NCBI RefSeq assembly: GCF_009914755.1
Contig: NC_060947.1
Origin: the human T2T-CHM13v2.0 reference genome, Homo sapiens
Direction: 5' to 3' (one strand)
Length of the DNA: 64,000 nucleotides
In this document: piece after piece, positions 1-14,210 of the stretch
Layout: each line of letters starts with the position of its first letter
Numbering within the stretch: the first letter of the stretch is position 1
Notes under the pieces: model-generated
Told to the model about the DNA's origin: nothing
Databases searched by the model: none
The model's input: only the letters and a program-made list of their open reading frames with translations
Program-made: the position numbers and the translations under genes

Positions 1-129
<129 letters not shown>

Positions 130-139
130 CTAAACATAT

Positions 140-1530
140 TGTGTCCGGAATTGGTGGGTTCTTGGTCTCACTGACTTCAAGAATGAAGCTGCGGACCCTT
201 GCGGTGAGTGTTACAGTTCTTAAAGGCGGCGTGTCTGGAGTTTGTTCCTTCCGATGTTCGGATACGTTCGGAGTTTCTTCCTTTTGGTGGGTTCGTGGTC
301 TCGCTGGCTCAGGAGTGAAGCTGCAGACCTTCGCCGTGAGTGTTAGAGCTCTTAAGGCGGCGCGTCTGGAGTTGTTCGGTCCTTCTGGTGTGTTCGTGGT
401 CTCGCTGGCTCCAGGAGTGAAGCTGTAGACCTTCACGATGAGTGTTACAGCTCATAAAAGCAGTGTGGACCCAAAGAGTGAGCAGCAGCAAGATTTATTG
501 CAAAGAGTGAAAGAACAAAGCTTCCACAACGTGGAAGGGGAGCCCAGCGTATTGCCACTGCTGGCTCCCCAGCCTGCTTTTATTCTCTTATCTGGCCCCA
601 CCCACATCCTGCTGATTGGTCCATTTTACAGAGAGCTGAGTGGTCTGTTTTGAGAGGGTGCTGATTGGTGCGTTTACAATCCCTGAGCTAGACACAAAGG
701 TTCTCCACATCCCCACTAGATTAGCTAGATACAGAGTGTGACACAAAGGTTCTCCAAGTCCCCACCAGAGTAGCTAGATACAGAGTGTCGATTGGTGCAT
801 TCACAAACCCTGAGCTAGACACAGGGTGCTGATTGGTGTGTTTACAAACCTTGAGCTAGATAGAGAGTGCCCATTGGTGTATTTACAATCCCCTAGCTAG
901 ACATAATGGTTCTCCAAGTCCCCACCAGAGTCAGGAGCCCAGCTGGCTTCACCCAGTGGATCCTGCACTAGGCCGCAGGTGGAGCTGCCTGCCAGTCCCG
1001 CCGTGTGCCCGCACTCCTCAGCCCTTGGGTGGTCAGTGGGACTGTGCGCTGTGGAGCAGGGAGCAGCGCTCGTGGGGGAGGCTGGGGCTGCACAGGAGCC
1101 CACAGAGGAGGGGGAGGCTCAAGCATGGAGGGCTGCAGGTCCCAAGCCCTGCCCCTTGGGGAGGCAGCTAAGGCCCTGCGAGAAATTGAGCACAGCAGCT
1201 GCTGGCCCAGGTGCTAAGCCCCTCACTGCCCGGGGCTTGCAGGCCAGCCGGCCGCTCTGAGTGCGGGTCCCCTGAGCCCACGCCCACCCGGAACTCGTGC
1301 TGGCCTGTAAGCGTAGTGCACAGCCCTGATTCCCGCCGGAGCCTCTCCCTCCACACCTCCCTGCAAGCTGAGGGAGCTGGCTCCGGCTTTGGGCAGCCCA
1401 GAAAGGGGCTCCCACATTGCAGTGGGGGGCTGAAGGGCTCCTCAAGCGCGGCCAGAGTGGCCGCCAAGGCCGAGGAGGCGCCGAGAGTGAGCGAGGGCTG
1501 CGAGAGCTGCCAGCATGTTGTCACCTCTCA
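140..1530 (-). mobile_element. Solo LTR12C (ERV9/HERV9 LTR), complete
   Basis: Minus strand begins TGAGAGGTGACA and ends CCAATTCCGGACACA, matching LTR12C termini. 4-bp TSD ATAT at 136-139 and 1531-1534. CpG-rich U3 and tandem ctgattggt repeats. Confidence 0.93.
575..880 (-). promoter_or_regulatory. LTR12C promoter/enhancer core: clustered CCAAT (NF-Y) boxes and AATAAA-type TATA element
   Basis: Five ATTGG motifs between ~613 and ~878. TTTATT at 579-584 (TATA-like on the minus strand). A second TTTATT at 494-499 is the likely LTR poly(A) signal. Confidence 0.7.
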
Positions 1531-1534
1531 ATAT

Positions 1535-1627
1535 GTTATCATATTTGGTACATATTTATACTAAAAAAGTATTGTTTATAAGAAATTCAAATTTTACTGG
1601 TGTCTTGTATTACATCTGGCAATCCTG
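1535..1627. mobile_element. MER53-like palindromic hAT MITE, right arm
   Basis: tttatactaaaaaagtattgtttataagaaattcaaattttactggtgtcttgtattacatctggcaatcctg resembles the MER53 terminal arm (from memory). Confidence 0.65.
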
Positions 1628-1861
1628 TCTTCACACTGTTTCAATATTGGGAATATTGCATATAGTTAGGATTTTGTGTGTGATACGGCAAGAGTTATAA
1701 ACTCATGGGTGTTCCCAGCCTTAACTCTTTGCCTGCCATCTAAAGAAGATTTTGAATTTGCCATTTCAGTTATTCCCTCCCCCTACAGTCTGAAGAGGGT
1801 TCTAGGTTGCTAGGTTTCCATGTTTTGTGGGCATTGTGATGCAGAGTCAAAAGAACTGTGA

Positions 1862-2009
1862 AACAGGAGTAAGTGGAGAGGTAGAGGGCAGAAGAAAAGG
1901 GGTCAAGAAGGCAGGACCCCGTGAAGCACACCTTTCCTAAGGATTTTGACGAATGAGAATGAAGATAAACTGTGAGTTGAAAGTGAAAGAGAAAGCATAA
2001 GGGATCTTA
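1862..2009 (+). other. CPXCR1: Probable non-coding exon 1 of CPXCR1 (boundaries approximate)
   Basis: Unique purine-rich sequence ending at candidate donor TTA|GTAAGT (2010). Alternative donor TAC|GTAAGA at 2050. Start inferred from remembered gene length, not seen directly. Confidence 0.45.
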
Positions 2010-3431
2010 GTAAGTGCTTCTTAGCTTGTGTATCCATTTTAGAATATACGTAAGAAATTATTTTAAAGTTAGCTTTGGTTTCTTGATTTATCATTTGTTG
2101 ATGTAGATCTTATTCTGAGAGTTGTCGCTCTGGGTCAGGGATTTAATATGTTCACATATGTTTGATATGAACATATGCAGAAAAGTTCCTGGTTTCATTT
2201 GTCACAACATTTTGAGTGATGCAATCATTTTAAAGTAAAACTAACAAATTTGAAAGAAACAGAAGATAAGGTCCCTCAATTGAAGAAATTAGGATATGGT
2301 GGGGATTTCTGGCCAGTCATGAGTGCATGGGAATCAGAAGGCATATGTTAGTTGAAGCTCTTTCATCTGAGGTGAAGTGAACTTGTATATTGGAGGGGTT
2401 TGTCAGCAGGGAAAGATGGGACATTTACATAAAGAAGTCTGATTGAGCTGATGAGTCATTAATGTAATTTAGTGTAAAATATTTAAAGTTTTGTTAGAAG
2501 TAATGCATGTCTTTCTCCAGAGCATGTGGGCATTGGAGGATACAGTATAAATAGAATACAAATAAACTACTTTCAATATAAAGGATAATCAAAACTGATT
2601 TAGAAAGATTCAAAACAGTCAGGTTCTTTTAAAACTCCATATGTATCTTTTGATTCTCAACAGGTCATTATGTAAAAATCTTGGTCAGAAGAGAATATTT
2701 GAAAACACAACCCTGGTATTTAGAATAAAGTGTAATATTGTGCTTCTTCAGGGCCCTGATTATCAACTCAAATGTCATTTATTTTAAGGATTTTAAACAT
2801 TATAATTTTAAAAGCTATCAGGCATATACATCTACATTTATCTTTGTGGAAAAAATGATTTTGGTTTTCTGTATAACAAACAGTGAAATGTTGTGTGTGT
2901 GTGTGTGTATACATACACTGAAGCATTTTGGTTTATTTTTAATATATATTAAAATTTATATTTAATGTATATATATTTTTAGTGTTTATATTTAATACAT
3001 ATATTTATAATGCTCTATGTAAGTGAAGTATAGAACACTAAATACTTTAAAAATACCAGAAAACAGAAGAAAACAGCAGACTCGGTGGTAAACACAGTCA
3101 TTTGGCTGAGTTATTTAAAAAAAAAGATTAAATAAGAAAGACATATGATTGTTGACTATTTCCAAACATATGTCCAAACATTAAATAATAAATATTGAGA
3201 GGTTTAACAGAATACATATAGCCTTCTTGTGCAATTCCAGGGAACGTTTAATTTTTAATGAGTAATAATAAACTTAAGTACATAGTTTTGTGATGTAATT
3301 ACATTTCAGAGGGCAATACGCCTTTAGATATCACATATTATGTTTATTGAAAAACCAGTCTTAACATAGTTGAGTGACATAAATATATGTGATAAATATA
3401 CTAGTATATTCACAATGAACACTGGATATTT

Positions 3432-3434
<3 letters not shown>

Positions 3435-3462
<28 letters not shown>

Positions 3463-3763
3463 ATTTACATATGTATTTTTTTCTTTTTTTTGTCTCACAT
3501 ACTTATCTTTATTTTTTGTAGTGAGAACACTTAAAATCTACCCTTTTAGCAATTTTCTTTTTTTTTAAATTTTATTATTATTATACTTTAAGTTTTAGGG
3601 TACATGTGCACAACATAAAGTTTTGTTACATATGTATGCATGTGCCATGTTGGTGTGCTGCACCCATTAACTCGTCATTTAGCATTAGGTATATCTCCTA
3701 ATGCTATCCCTCCCCCCTCCCCCCACCCCACAACAGTCCCCGGTGTGTGATGTTCCCCTTCCT
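3435..3763 (-). mobile_element. 5'-truncated L1PA 3' end (~200 bp) with a 3'-transduced flank and second poly(A) tail
   Basis: 17-bp TSD AACACTGGATATTTCTT at 3418-3434 and 3764-3780. L1PA 3' UTR at ~3567-3763, T-tract 3558-3566, extra segment 3492-3557, second T-tract and (GT)n. Confidence 0.85.
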
Positions 3764-3955
3764 AACACTGGATATTTCTTATATACAAACCTATTTCAGA
3801 ATGTAGAAGGGAACAATGAATCTCATAGTTATCCTGAATGTGCAAGTGGAAGACCCTACCAAACAGCAGAGCAGCATAGATGCTTTTCTTGGGGGAAGAA
3901 GGTGCAGGAGCTATTTTTTCCTTTCTTTTATGAAAATATCTTTATTTGTTTTCAG

Positions 3956-4061
3956 GGTGCATCTGACAAGCCTTAGATGACCTCCAGCAACTTCAGTTCT
4001 CACCGAATTACTGCATTTCAGCCTTACTGAGAAGCAGCCAGTCATACTATCCTCAAATTTT
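3956..4061 (+). other. CPXCR1: Probable non-coding exon 2 of CPXCR1
   Basis: Pyrimidine tract plus TTTCAG acceptor ending at 3955. Donor TTT|GTGAGT at 4062. Confidence 0.6.
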
Positions 4062-4520
4062 GTGAGTTCAATTTACTTTATTTAGAAAGTCTCTAAAATG
4101 TAGACTCTGTCTATTGTTTTACCTTGATGCTAACTGCTGATGCTGAGATGTTTATGTAGAGAGATTTTCCAATTGCCAATATTAAAAACATAAAACTCAG
4201 CAAAGCTTAGCAAGGACCCAAAAATATGCCTGTGAAATGATCAGAGTGTGTGAGGACTCTGAAGAAGAAAGTAAAGCAAAAGTATACTAGAGAATGGAGA
4301 TTGAGAAATACATATATTTAAATGTTAGAGTTTTACAATGCACGTACAAAAAAACATAAGTAAAATAAAGATAAATAAAGCAGGATAAGAAAGTATCACA
4401 TAGTAACAGAAGCAAAAGAATGAAATACTTAAAAGTTGGTGGAAATGAAAAGTATACTACTCCATGACTTAGAAACAGCACAAGACAAAGATACGAGATA
4501 AACTTCAATTGTGATCACTA

Positions 4521-6297
4521 TTATTGGTGTATAGGAATGCTTGTGATTTTTGCACACTGATTTTGTATCCTGAGACTTTGCTGAAGTTGCTTATCAGCTT
4601 AAGGAGATTTTGAGCTGAGACGATGGAGTTTTCTAAATATACAATCATGTCATCTGCAAACAGAGGCAATTTGACTTCCTCTGTTCTTATTTGAATGCCC
4701 TTTCTTTCTCTCGCCTGATTGCCCTGGCCAGAACTTCCAATGCTATTTTGAATGGGAGTGGTGAGAGAGGGCATCCTTGTCTTGTGGCAGTTTTCAAAGG
4801 GAATGCTTTCAGTTTTTGCCCATTCAGTATTATATTGGCTGTGGGTTTGTCATAAATAGCTCTTACTATTTTGAGATACGTTTCATCGATACCTAGTCTA
4901 TTGAGAGTTTTTAGCATGAAGGGGTGTTGAATTTTGTCAAAGGCCTTTTCTGCATCTATTGAGATAATCATGTGTTTTTTGTCATTGGTTCTGTTTATAT
5001 GATGGATTATGTTTACTGATTTGCGTATGTTGAACCAGCCTTGCATCCCAGGGATGAAGCTGACTTGATCATGGTGGATAAGCTTTTTGATGTGCTGCTG
5101 GATTTGGTTTGCCAGTATTTTATTGAGGATTTTTGTATCGATGTTCATCAGGGATATCGGCCTGAAATTCTCTTTTTCTGTTGTGTCTCTGCCAGGTTTT
5201 GGTATCAGGATGATGCTGGCCTCATAAAATGAGTTAGGGAGGAGTCCCTCTCTTTCTATTGTTAAAATAGTTTCAGAAAGAATGGTACCAGCTCCTCTTT
5301 TGTACGTCTGGTAGAATTTGGTTGTGAATCTGTCTGGTCCTGGACTTTTTTTGGTTGGCAGGCTATTAATTACTGCCTCAATTTAAGAACTTGTTATTGG
5401 TCTGTTCATGGATTCGACTTCTTCCTGGTTTAGACTTGGGAGGGTGTATGTGTCCAGGAATGTATCCATTTCTTCTAGATCTTCTAGTTTAATTGTGTAG
5501 AGGTGTTTATAGTATTCTCTGGTAGTAGTTTGTATTTCTGTGGGATCAGTGGTGATATCCCCTTTATCACTTTTTATTGCATCTATTGGATTCTTTTCCT
5601 TTTCTTCTTTATTAGTCTGGCTAGCGGTCTATCTATTTTGTTGATCTTTTCAAAAAAACAGCTCCTAAATTCATTGATTTCTGAAGGGTTTTTTGTGTCT
5701 CTGTCTCCTTCAGTTCTGCTCTGATCTTAGCTATTACTTGTCTTCTGCTAGCTTTTGAATTTGTTTGCCCTTGCTTCTCTAATTCTTTTAATCGTGAGGT
5801 TAGGGTGCCGATTTTAGATATTTCCTGCTTTCTCTTGTGGGCATTTAGTGCTATAAACTTCCCTCTAAACACTGCTTTAGCTGTGTCCCAGAGATTCTGG
5901 TTTGTTGTGACTTTGTTCTCATTGGTTTCAAAGAACTTATTTATTTCTGCCTTCATTTCGTTATTTACCCAGTAGTCATTCAGGAGCAGGTTGTTCAGTT
6001 TCCATGTAGTTGTGAAGTTTTAGTGTTTCTTAATCTTGGGTTCTAATTTGATTGCACTGTGGTCTGAGAGACTGTTTATTATGATTTCCTTTCTTTTGCA
6101 TTTGCTGAGGAGTGTTTTACTTACAATTATGTGTTCAATTTTAGAATAAGTGCGATGTGGTGCTGAGAAGAATGTATATTCTGTTGATTTGGGGTGGAGA
6201 GCTCTGTTCATGTCTGTTAGGTCCAGAGCTGAGTTCAAGTCCTGAATATCCTTGTTAATTTTCTGTCTCATTGATCTGTCTAATATTGACAGTGGGG
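4521..6297 (-). mobile_element. Internal L1PA ORF2 fragment (end of EN domain to RT) lacking both 3' UTR/poly(A) and 5' end
   Basis: ORF2 peptides in the track (4687..5148, 5633..5956, 6020..6310). Flanked by TCACTA at 4515-4520 and 6298-6303. Confidence 0.9.
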
Positions 6298-7059
6298 TCA
6301 CTACCTCCAATAAAAGATATAACGTTTGATAGAAAAATAGTCACCCTTGAATTAATATCAAACTCTGAAAAAAATAATTGAAGATTAAATTGAAGGGAAT
6401 AATGAGCATGAGATAATAAAAGCTCAGCAGTATTGGAACAGAGAAAGCATGTTGAGTGAATAGAGGAAAAAGTTGGTTAGGGGAGATGGAGTCAGATTGT
6501 GGAGGGTCTCTGAAGACTGCAGTTATGAGATAAGGTTCCACATAATTCTACATCAATTCTACATCTTTAAATCCTGCTAACTTATCCATAAATCCTGCCT
6601 ATGTTAGCTCATAAAAACTAGCCATGAGAATAAAAACCATGTTAGTCAATTTCTCAAACTCCACCACTCCACCAGATTTCTTTTCAGCCCACTTGCATTC
6701 GCCTTTCTCCACCATGGAATTCAGTAAGAATGTTCCCTGCCCATAATCCTGCTCTGAAGAAATTTCTCAAGTTGATTGTTCAAAGTCCTCTCATAGAGTA
6801 GAAGTGGAAGCATAGAGTTCAGAGTATTAGGGTACACTGAAAGTGTTTGAGCGGGTAAAAGACATAAGGAAAGTAAAAGGTAAGAGGAGAGGGGTGACAG
6901 GAGAGTGGTGAGTGTAGAGTTTGCCATCAGTGAAATCTGCCACTATAAGTAGTAAAGCAAGCATGAGGTAATTTTCAGCTTGACTAGTGCTGAGGCATTG
7001 AGAATGAACAGAAAGTGGTGAATTTGGAAGACATTTTAATAAATGAACTCAGAATTTGA

Positions 7060-7495
<436 letters not shown>

Positions 7496-8038
7496 TAAAA
7501 ACGTAGGTTTTTAAGAAAAGTAAAAATTACAGGGGAAGAACGGCTTGTACCTTATACAAATTCAACCATATCATTTTCACATAGGTCTTAATTTTCTTTT
7601 AAACATATACACTCATAATACCTTCCTCCTATTTTAGCCCCATTTTAAATTCTCAGGTGGGTAATACAGATCCATCTTATTCAATGAAAATTATTTATAA
7701 TTCACCATCCAAAAGGAAATAATTGGGCCTTCTCTTCAGAACTAAATGTGTTCTAGTGCATAGGGTATATACCTAAAATAGCCAAATGAGAGGTTATGTT
7801 ATTCCAAGTTTACTGAAATTCCATAATTAAGTTATGAGAAAACATATTTAATAGGAGGCTTACATTTGCCCTCAGTTTTCACTTTATTCTGTGGGTTTGT
7901 GACTCTGATACAATATTTATAGTTGCGAGAAGGCACAGAAATAGCACATTCACAGGCTTTTTGCCATGACCAAAGAATTGACTTCTTATAAAATGGAACA
8001 TACATAAATTTAGTAAATCTTTGTCTTCTTTCCCATAA

Positions 8039-8956
<918 letters not shown>

Positions 8957-9389
8957 GTTAAATTGGGGTAAATTCATTTTAAAATATAACTTCTAAAATT
9001 CATAATTTGACTACTAAAGTAAGACAAAATTGCATGAACATAAATTTTAGTATTATTAGAGGGAGTAGCAGAAAGGAACACAAACTAATAGTACCTCTCA
9101 GTAAGAAATACCTATGGGGAGTGAGGAAACATCTGTTTATACTTTGCTTTTACAAGTACATCATTGAAATATCAGACCTGTCATCTATATTGAGTCAGCA
9201 TTTGAACCAAGTAAATGTTTTCACTGTCTTAACATCTATTTCTGTAGATGTAAATATTGTTAACATAAAAGAATCCAAGTTAACAGGATCCTGACTAAGA
9301 TAGCAAACATATATTGGAAGGCCAAAGTTCCACCAAGTGTTTCCAGAGATTCTGCTACATGTATTATCTGAAATGTTCTCCATATATTC

Positions 9390-9395
9390 AATAAA
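9390..9395 (+). terminator. CPXCR1: CPXCR1 polyadenylation signal
   Basis: AATAAA ~430 nt after the stop codon, followed ~25 nt later by a GT-rich element (gttgtattgtatatttgt). Confidence 0.7.
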
Positions 9396-10912
9396 AACCA
9401 ATTTGAAGACATAGAAAGTTGTATTGTATATTTGTAATTAGAGAAGAATTCCTATGTCTGGAATAAAAAGATTCAACATACTATAAAATACACAATACTT
9501 GGGTAATTTTGAAGATACAGAATAATAACAAAACTCATAAAAAAGTATATGATAGAAGTGAAACAGTTTGAAGTAAAAGTGAACAAATATTAAATTGATA
9601 CCATATAACTGTAAACCTTTTTGCTTGTATAGCACATTCACCGTTGTTCACAATCACTACACAAAGTTTACCTTCCCCTCCATACATACATGCACAAATG
9701 TGTGCACATATTTAAGACGTTCCTTATCTTGTTCTTGCAGCTCAAACATCTATACTTCTTTTATTTAATCTGCATACTCATTAAAGTTAGAGTCTATAAC
9801 TACACCTCATATTTTTTACCATCTTATATTTAATATATAATGAATATAGGAATATAATATGTAATATGTATGCAGTGCATGTATTTTATATAATATGTAT
9901 GTGTTATATAATTTATACTTTGAGTACCCATTATATGTGAAGCACTATGCCAGCATAATTTTATGTGTTAGTTAATCTTTGCAACAATCTAAAATTTTTT
10001 AATTTTCATGGCATGATTAAATGTATGGAAGCAGTTTCTAGAAAATTGAATGACTTTACCAGGTCACAGAGTAAATGCATGCTATTGTCACTGCATGTTA
10101 TAACTGGAATTGAATAGGAAACTTTTTGCACATTATGCCTTATTTAATATGTATGTACTTATATTTGAAATAGCATATAGAATTTATTTCATCCATGGAT
10201 ATACTGTATTATAGAAATTCTAAACTTGAAGCAGAGGATACTTAAGCTACATCTACAACAGGTCAAATTTGTTCATCTGGAGGAAAATTTGATGCTTCCA
10301 GATACAATTATTCAGTGTGAGCAATGGATTGGATTAAACAGTTAAACAAAGACAATTCAAAAAACTGAATATTTCTCCATTAAAAAATATATTCTATATC
10401 AATTTTTATCTCATTTTCTTTTGAATATAAAACATAATTTTACAAAAACATAAGCCATCAGGTAGAAACTAACAAAAATAAAAAAGAAACATTCTTCTTT
10501 TTTTCACTTTTCCTAACTAGGGATGAAATAAAAATAGTACTTGTTATTAAAAAAAAACGGGTTTTATCACTGACATATTACCATCCATAGAATCAATATA
10601 TTTGCTGGTAAACCTCCACAGAATTTGAAAACATAATTTGAATGCAGAAAAATAGTTAAACTTGATAGTATTTACATTTTCACTTTTTTTCCCAAAATAC
10701 AAAGACATCTATTTAGCTAAAACTTTAGAAATGACATATTAAAATTAGAATTGAGTCAGAATGGAGAAATTAGAAAAATGTAAACTAAACAATCCTAGAT
10801 TTATCCTTCTCTAGCAACCCACTTGAAAGATTTTCATAAGTACCAAAGTAGGGGAACCATGCTTTTACTTAAAAAAAACATGAATAATTCAGTCCAATGT
10901 TCAAAAAAATAA

Positions 10913-11238
<326 letters not shown>

Positions 11239-12599
11239 CTGTGTTCTCTTGTTCTTTAATTTACAAATCAACTCAACACTTTATAGATATCCTTATTTTT
11301 TCTTAAAGATGTAGGAACAAGCATGTATATTTATGGTTATATTAATAATTTTCATAATTCACATAATTTTTTAATAAAATATGGGTATAAGATACTTTCT
11401 TTACTTCATATTTACATAGTAACTAGCATCTAAAATATTAGCTTACTTTTAACATGACAATGACTAGAAAATGATATACTCAACACAGAGTAGAATACAT
11501 TTTTTAGAGGAAATAAATTATAGAACCCTGAAGATGGCAGCCTATTACTATTTTAATGTTCTCAATTTTTTACTAGTTTAAAATTATATTTCAAAAGTTT
11601 ATCTTATAACAAAGTTTTTTTTGGTTTGCCTCCTAGCATTTCAGTGTCATCAGTGCATTGAATATCTCCTCATAAATTATGTTTTAGACATATTTAGCCA
11701 GAACAATTTCAGGTTTATGGAAAAATCAGACTGCCTCACATGTGTGATAGTAATTTTATTCTGGCTTATACAAGGTACCTTAAAAGTTAAATTGAAAGCA
11801 TGAAAAGCATTGAGGGAAATTTTCTAAAATTATGATAAAAAAGTGAATTCCCAAACAATATTGGATTTTATTCTCACTCTTAAGGGGCCTACTTATTGTT
11901 TGATACCATTAGTTTTACATAGAGCCAATCTTGGATAATTTAATCAATAGAAATAAAGGGGCAGATAGAGTAAGTGTCTATGATGTGTGAATTTTGGATT
12001 CCTTGTTGCATCAGGGTTTGGGATAGAAGCCCAGAAACTGTGGACTTATGCACTAAGAATCCAGTACTATAGTTATTCATATTCTATAAAACAGACTTTA
12101 ATTATAATTAGACTTCTATTATTTAGTGTTCAAGTATAATATGCATCAATATACTAAAATAAAGTTAGTCTGTAGTTATTTGCTCAATTGTCTATTTGAA
12201 ATAAAAACTATTTATTTATTTAGATCAGTATATTAAATCAACCCATACATTTTATTAAAACATTTGAATAGTATGATGCTAAAAACTAATATTAATTTTA
12301 TAAAACTTTCTTTTTTGAAACAGTAAAACTTGAGTAACCAGGCATTTATAATTTATTGCATCTAGTACCCAGCTAGGAAATAAGAACGAGTTATTATGCA
12401 CTAAAGTGATGATTAGGGTTATCTACGGATTTGATAAAGGATTATTTACTCTTCTTGTTCTTGCTGTATTCTAATTATCTGGGTTCAGGAAGAGGAAAGG
12501 AAACATCAGCCTAAACATGGTTCAGATATGAAAATCTTCAACTTTTCTAAGACTCATTATAGCCCACGCTAGTGAATAGGTAGGTAGTTAGAGAAAATT

Positions 12600-13100
12600 T
12601 GTCATGTTGTTGCTACATGTCTTGTGAAGAGACACTGACAGCTGTTGTTCCAGTCTTTTAATGGGTATTTGTATAGCAAACAACCTTGGAAGCTGGAGAT
12701 ACTGTCTCCCTGCTGGACCCAAGGGCAGAGGATAGATTTCTTTCCTAACCAGTATAATAAAGATGATGTCTCCTTCAAGGGCAAAGGTTGGGCAAGTTTG
12801 CAAGCAGCCCTCTTACATGATTGATAGTTTCCTAAACTCTAGGTTCCTTGTGTGTGACACGAACTCACTGTGTGTAGTATTTACCTGTGCCACTCTGCAT
12901 TACCCTTGTGTGACTTGAAGAGCAAGAGAAATCAATGCAAATATGAAGGTCATGCTGCCTTCTCTGCCCCTTGAGTAATAAAGTCCTTTCTCTCTGACCC
13001 AGGTGCCCCATGTCTTTTGCCAGTATCTATGAAACTGCAGCAAGTTAACTTGTTAGCTTACAAGCAGGATAAAATGTCAAACCTGTCACCATTCTTGATA
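12600..13100 (+). mobile_element. Old ERV solo LTR, family not determined
   Basis: GC-richer island in AT-rich DNA. AATAAA at 12977-12982 followed by a U5-like stretch ending TTCTTGATA. 5' boundary uncertain. Confidence 0.55.
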
Positions 13101-14009
13101 TCTGAAAGAGAGCTGGGTGAATAAAATTCCATTAAACAATTTTTATTATTTTTTACTAAATGACACTTTCTATTATTTCAATAGACTCAAACTACACCAT
13201 CTTTTGAGAGCTTAACATTATTAGCTGGGATAAAGTATTTGTGTGAATGTCTAAGCACACAGCTTAATGAAAGAAATACTGGGATAATTTTGAAATTTCT
13301 CATTCTCATCTTCATGAAAGAGCCACTTCTGTGAATGGAGGAAGTTACATATCATTATCTTGCTTCTGAATCTGTGCTTATAGAATATAAACACAATAAC
13401 CTTCACTAACTTATTATGAGAAAACTTTACCTTCTGCTAGATATTCTCATGATAACACTCACTCCTTCTTAGTAACACCTAGAAGTACCTGGCAGTCAGA
13501 ATAAGAATGACACAAAAATAAAAGCAAGCAAGTGACTTGCATAATTTAACTGAGAGACACTAGGCTACTTATTAATTAATAGAGAGTAGAGAAAATTAGA
13601 AGTTAAATATTGATATGTAAGTTACTAAAAGATTTAAAAACATTTGGAATTACATGGCATTTTGGATCTTTAAGCATTTGGCTGTTTGTCCTTTCAGAGT
13701 TATTCCTGATATTTTACTGTATTTTTTTCAATAAAGATGCTATAACTTAAAATATCGTTGCACAGATAACATAAAACATATGCACTATGTGAAAATTTGA
13801 AACTGTACTTATGCTACAAACATTTTTAAATGACTTCACTTAGAGGGTGACTATATCAACAGACAGTATGAAGTAACAACAACAAATACATATTCTCAAT
13901 ATATTCTTCATAGAGTAGTTATGCTGTTGAATAATCTATAGAATCTAGTCTTTATTATAAATACATATTTGTCCAGGGAAATGTAACATGAATCATTCAT
14001 TTGTCCAAA

Positions 14010-14128
14010 TATGTATTTGATATATTTATATATCTATGTGTGTGTATATATGTATGTACACATACATATGTACACATACATATGTACACATATATATGTA
14101 CACATACATATATATATATATATATATA
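14010..14128. repeat. Compound (TA)/(TG)/(CA) microsatellite
   Basis: Alternating purine-pyrimidine dinucleotide runs. Confidence 0.9.
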
Positions 14129-14210
14129 GAAAGAGAGAATTAAACATATATATTTGCTTTGTCTCAGACTCTGAGACAATTGATGATATTAAAACAAACC
14201 ACACAGAAAT

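Noticed and set aside
470-900. Regularly spaced ~40-bp repeats (tagctagatacagagtg, ctgattggtg) superficially like a CRISPR array
   Set aside because: These are the internal tandem enhancer repeats of LTR12; no unique spacers and no cas genes, in a eukaryotic context
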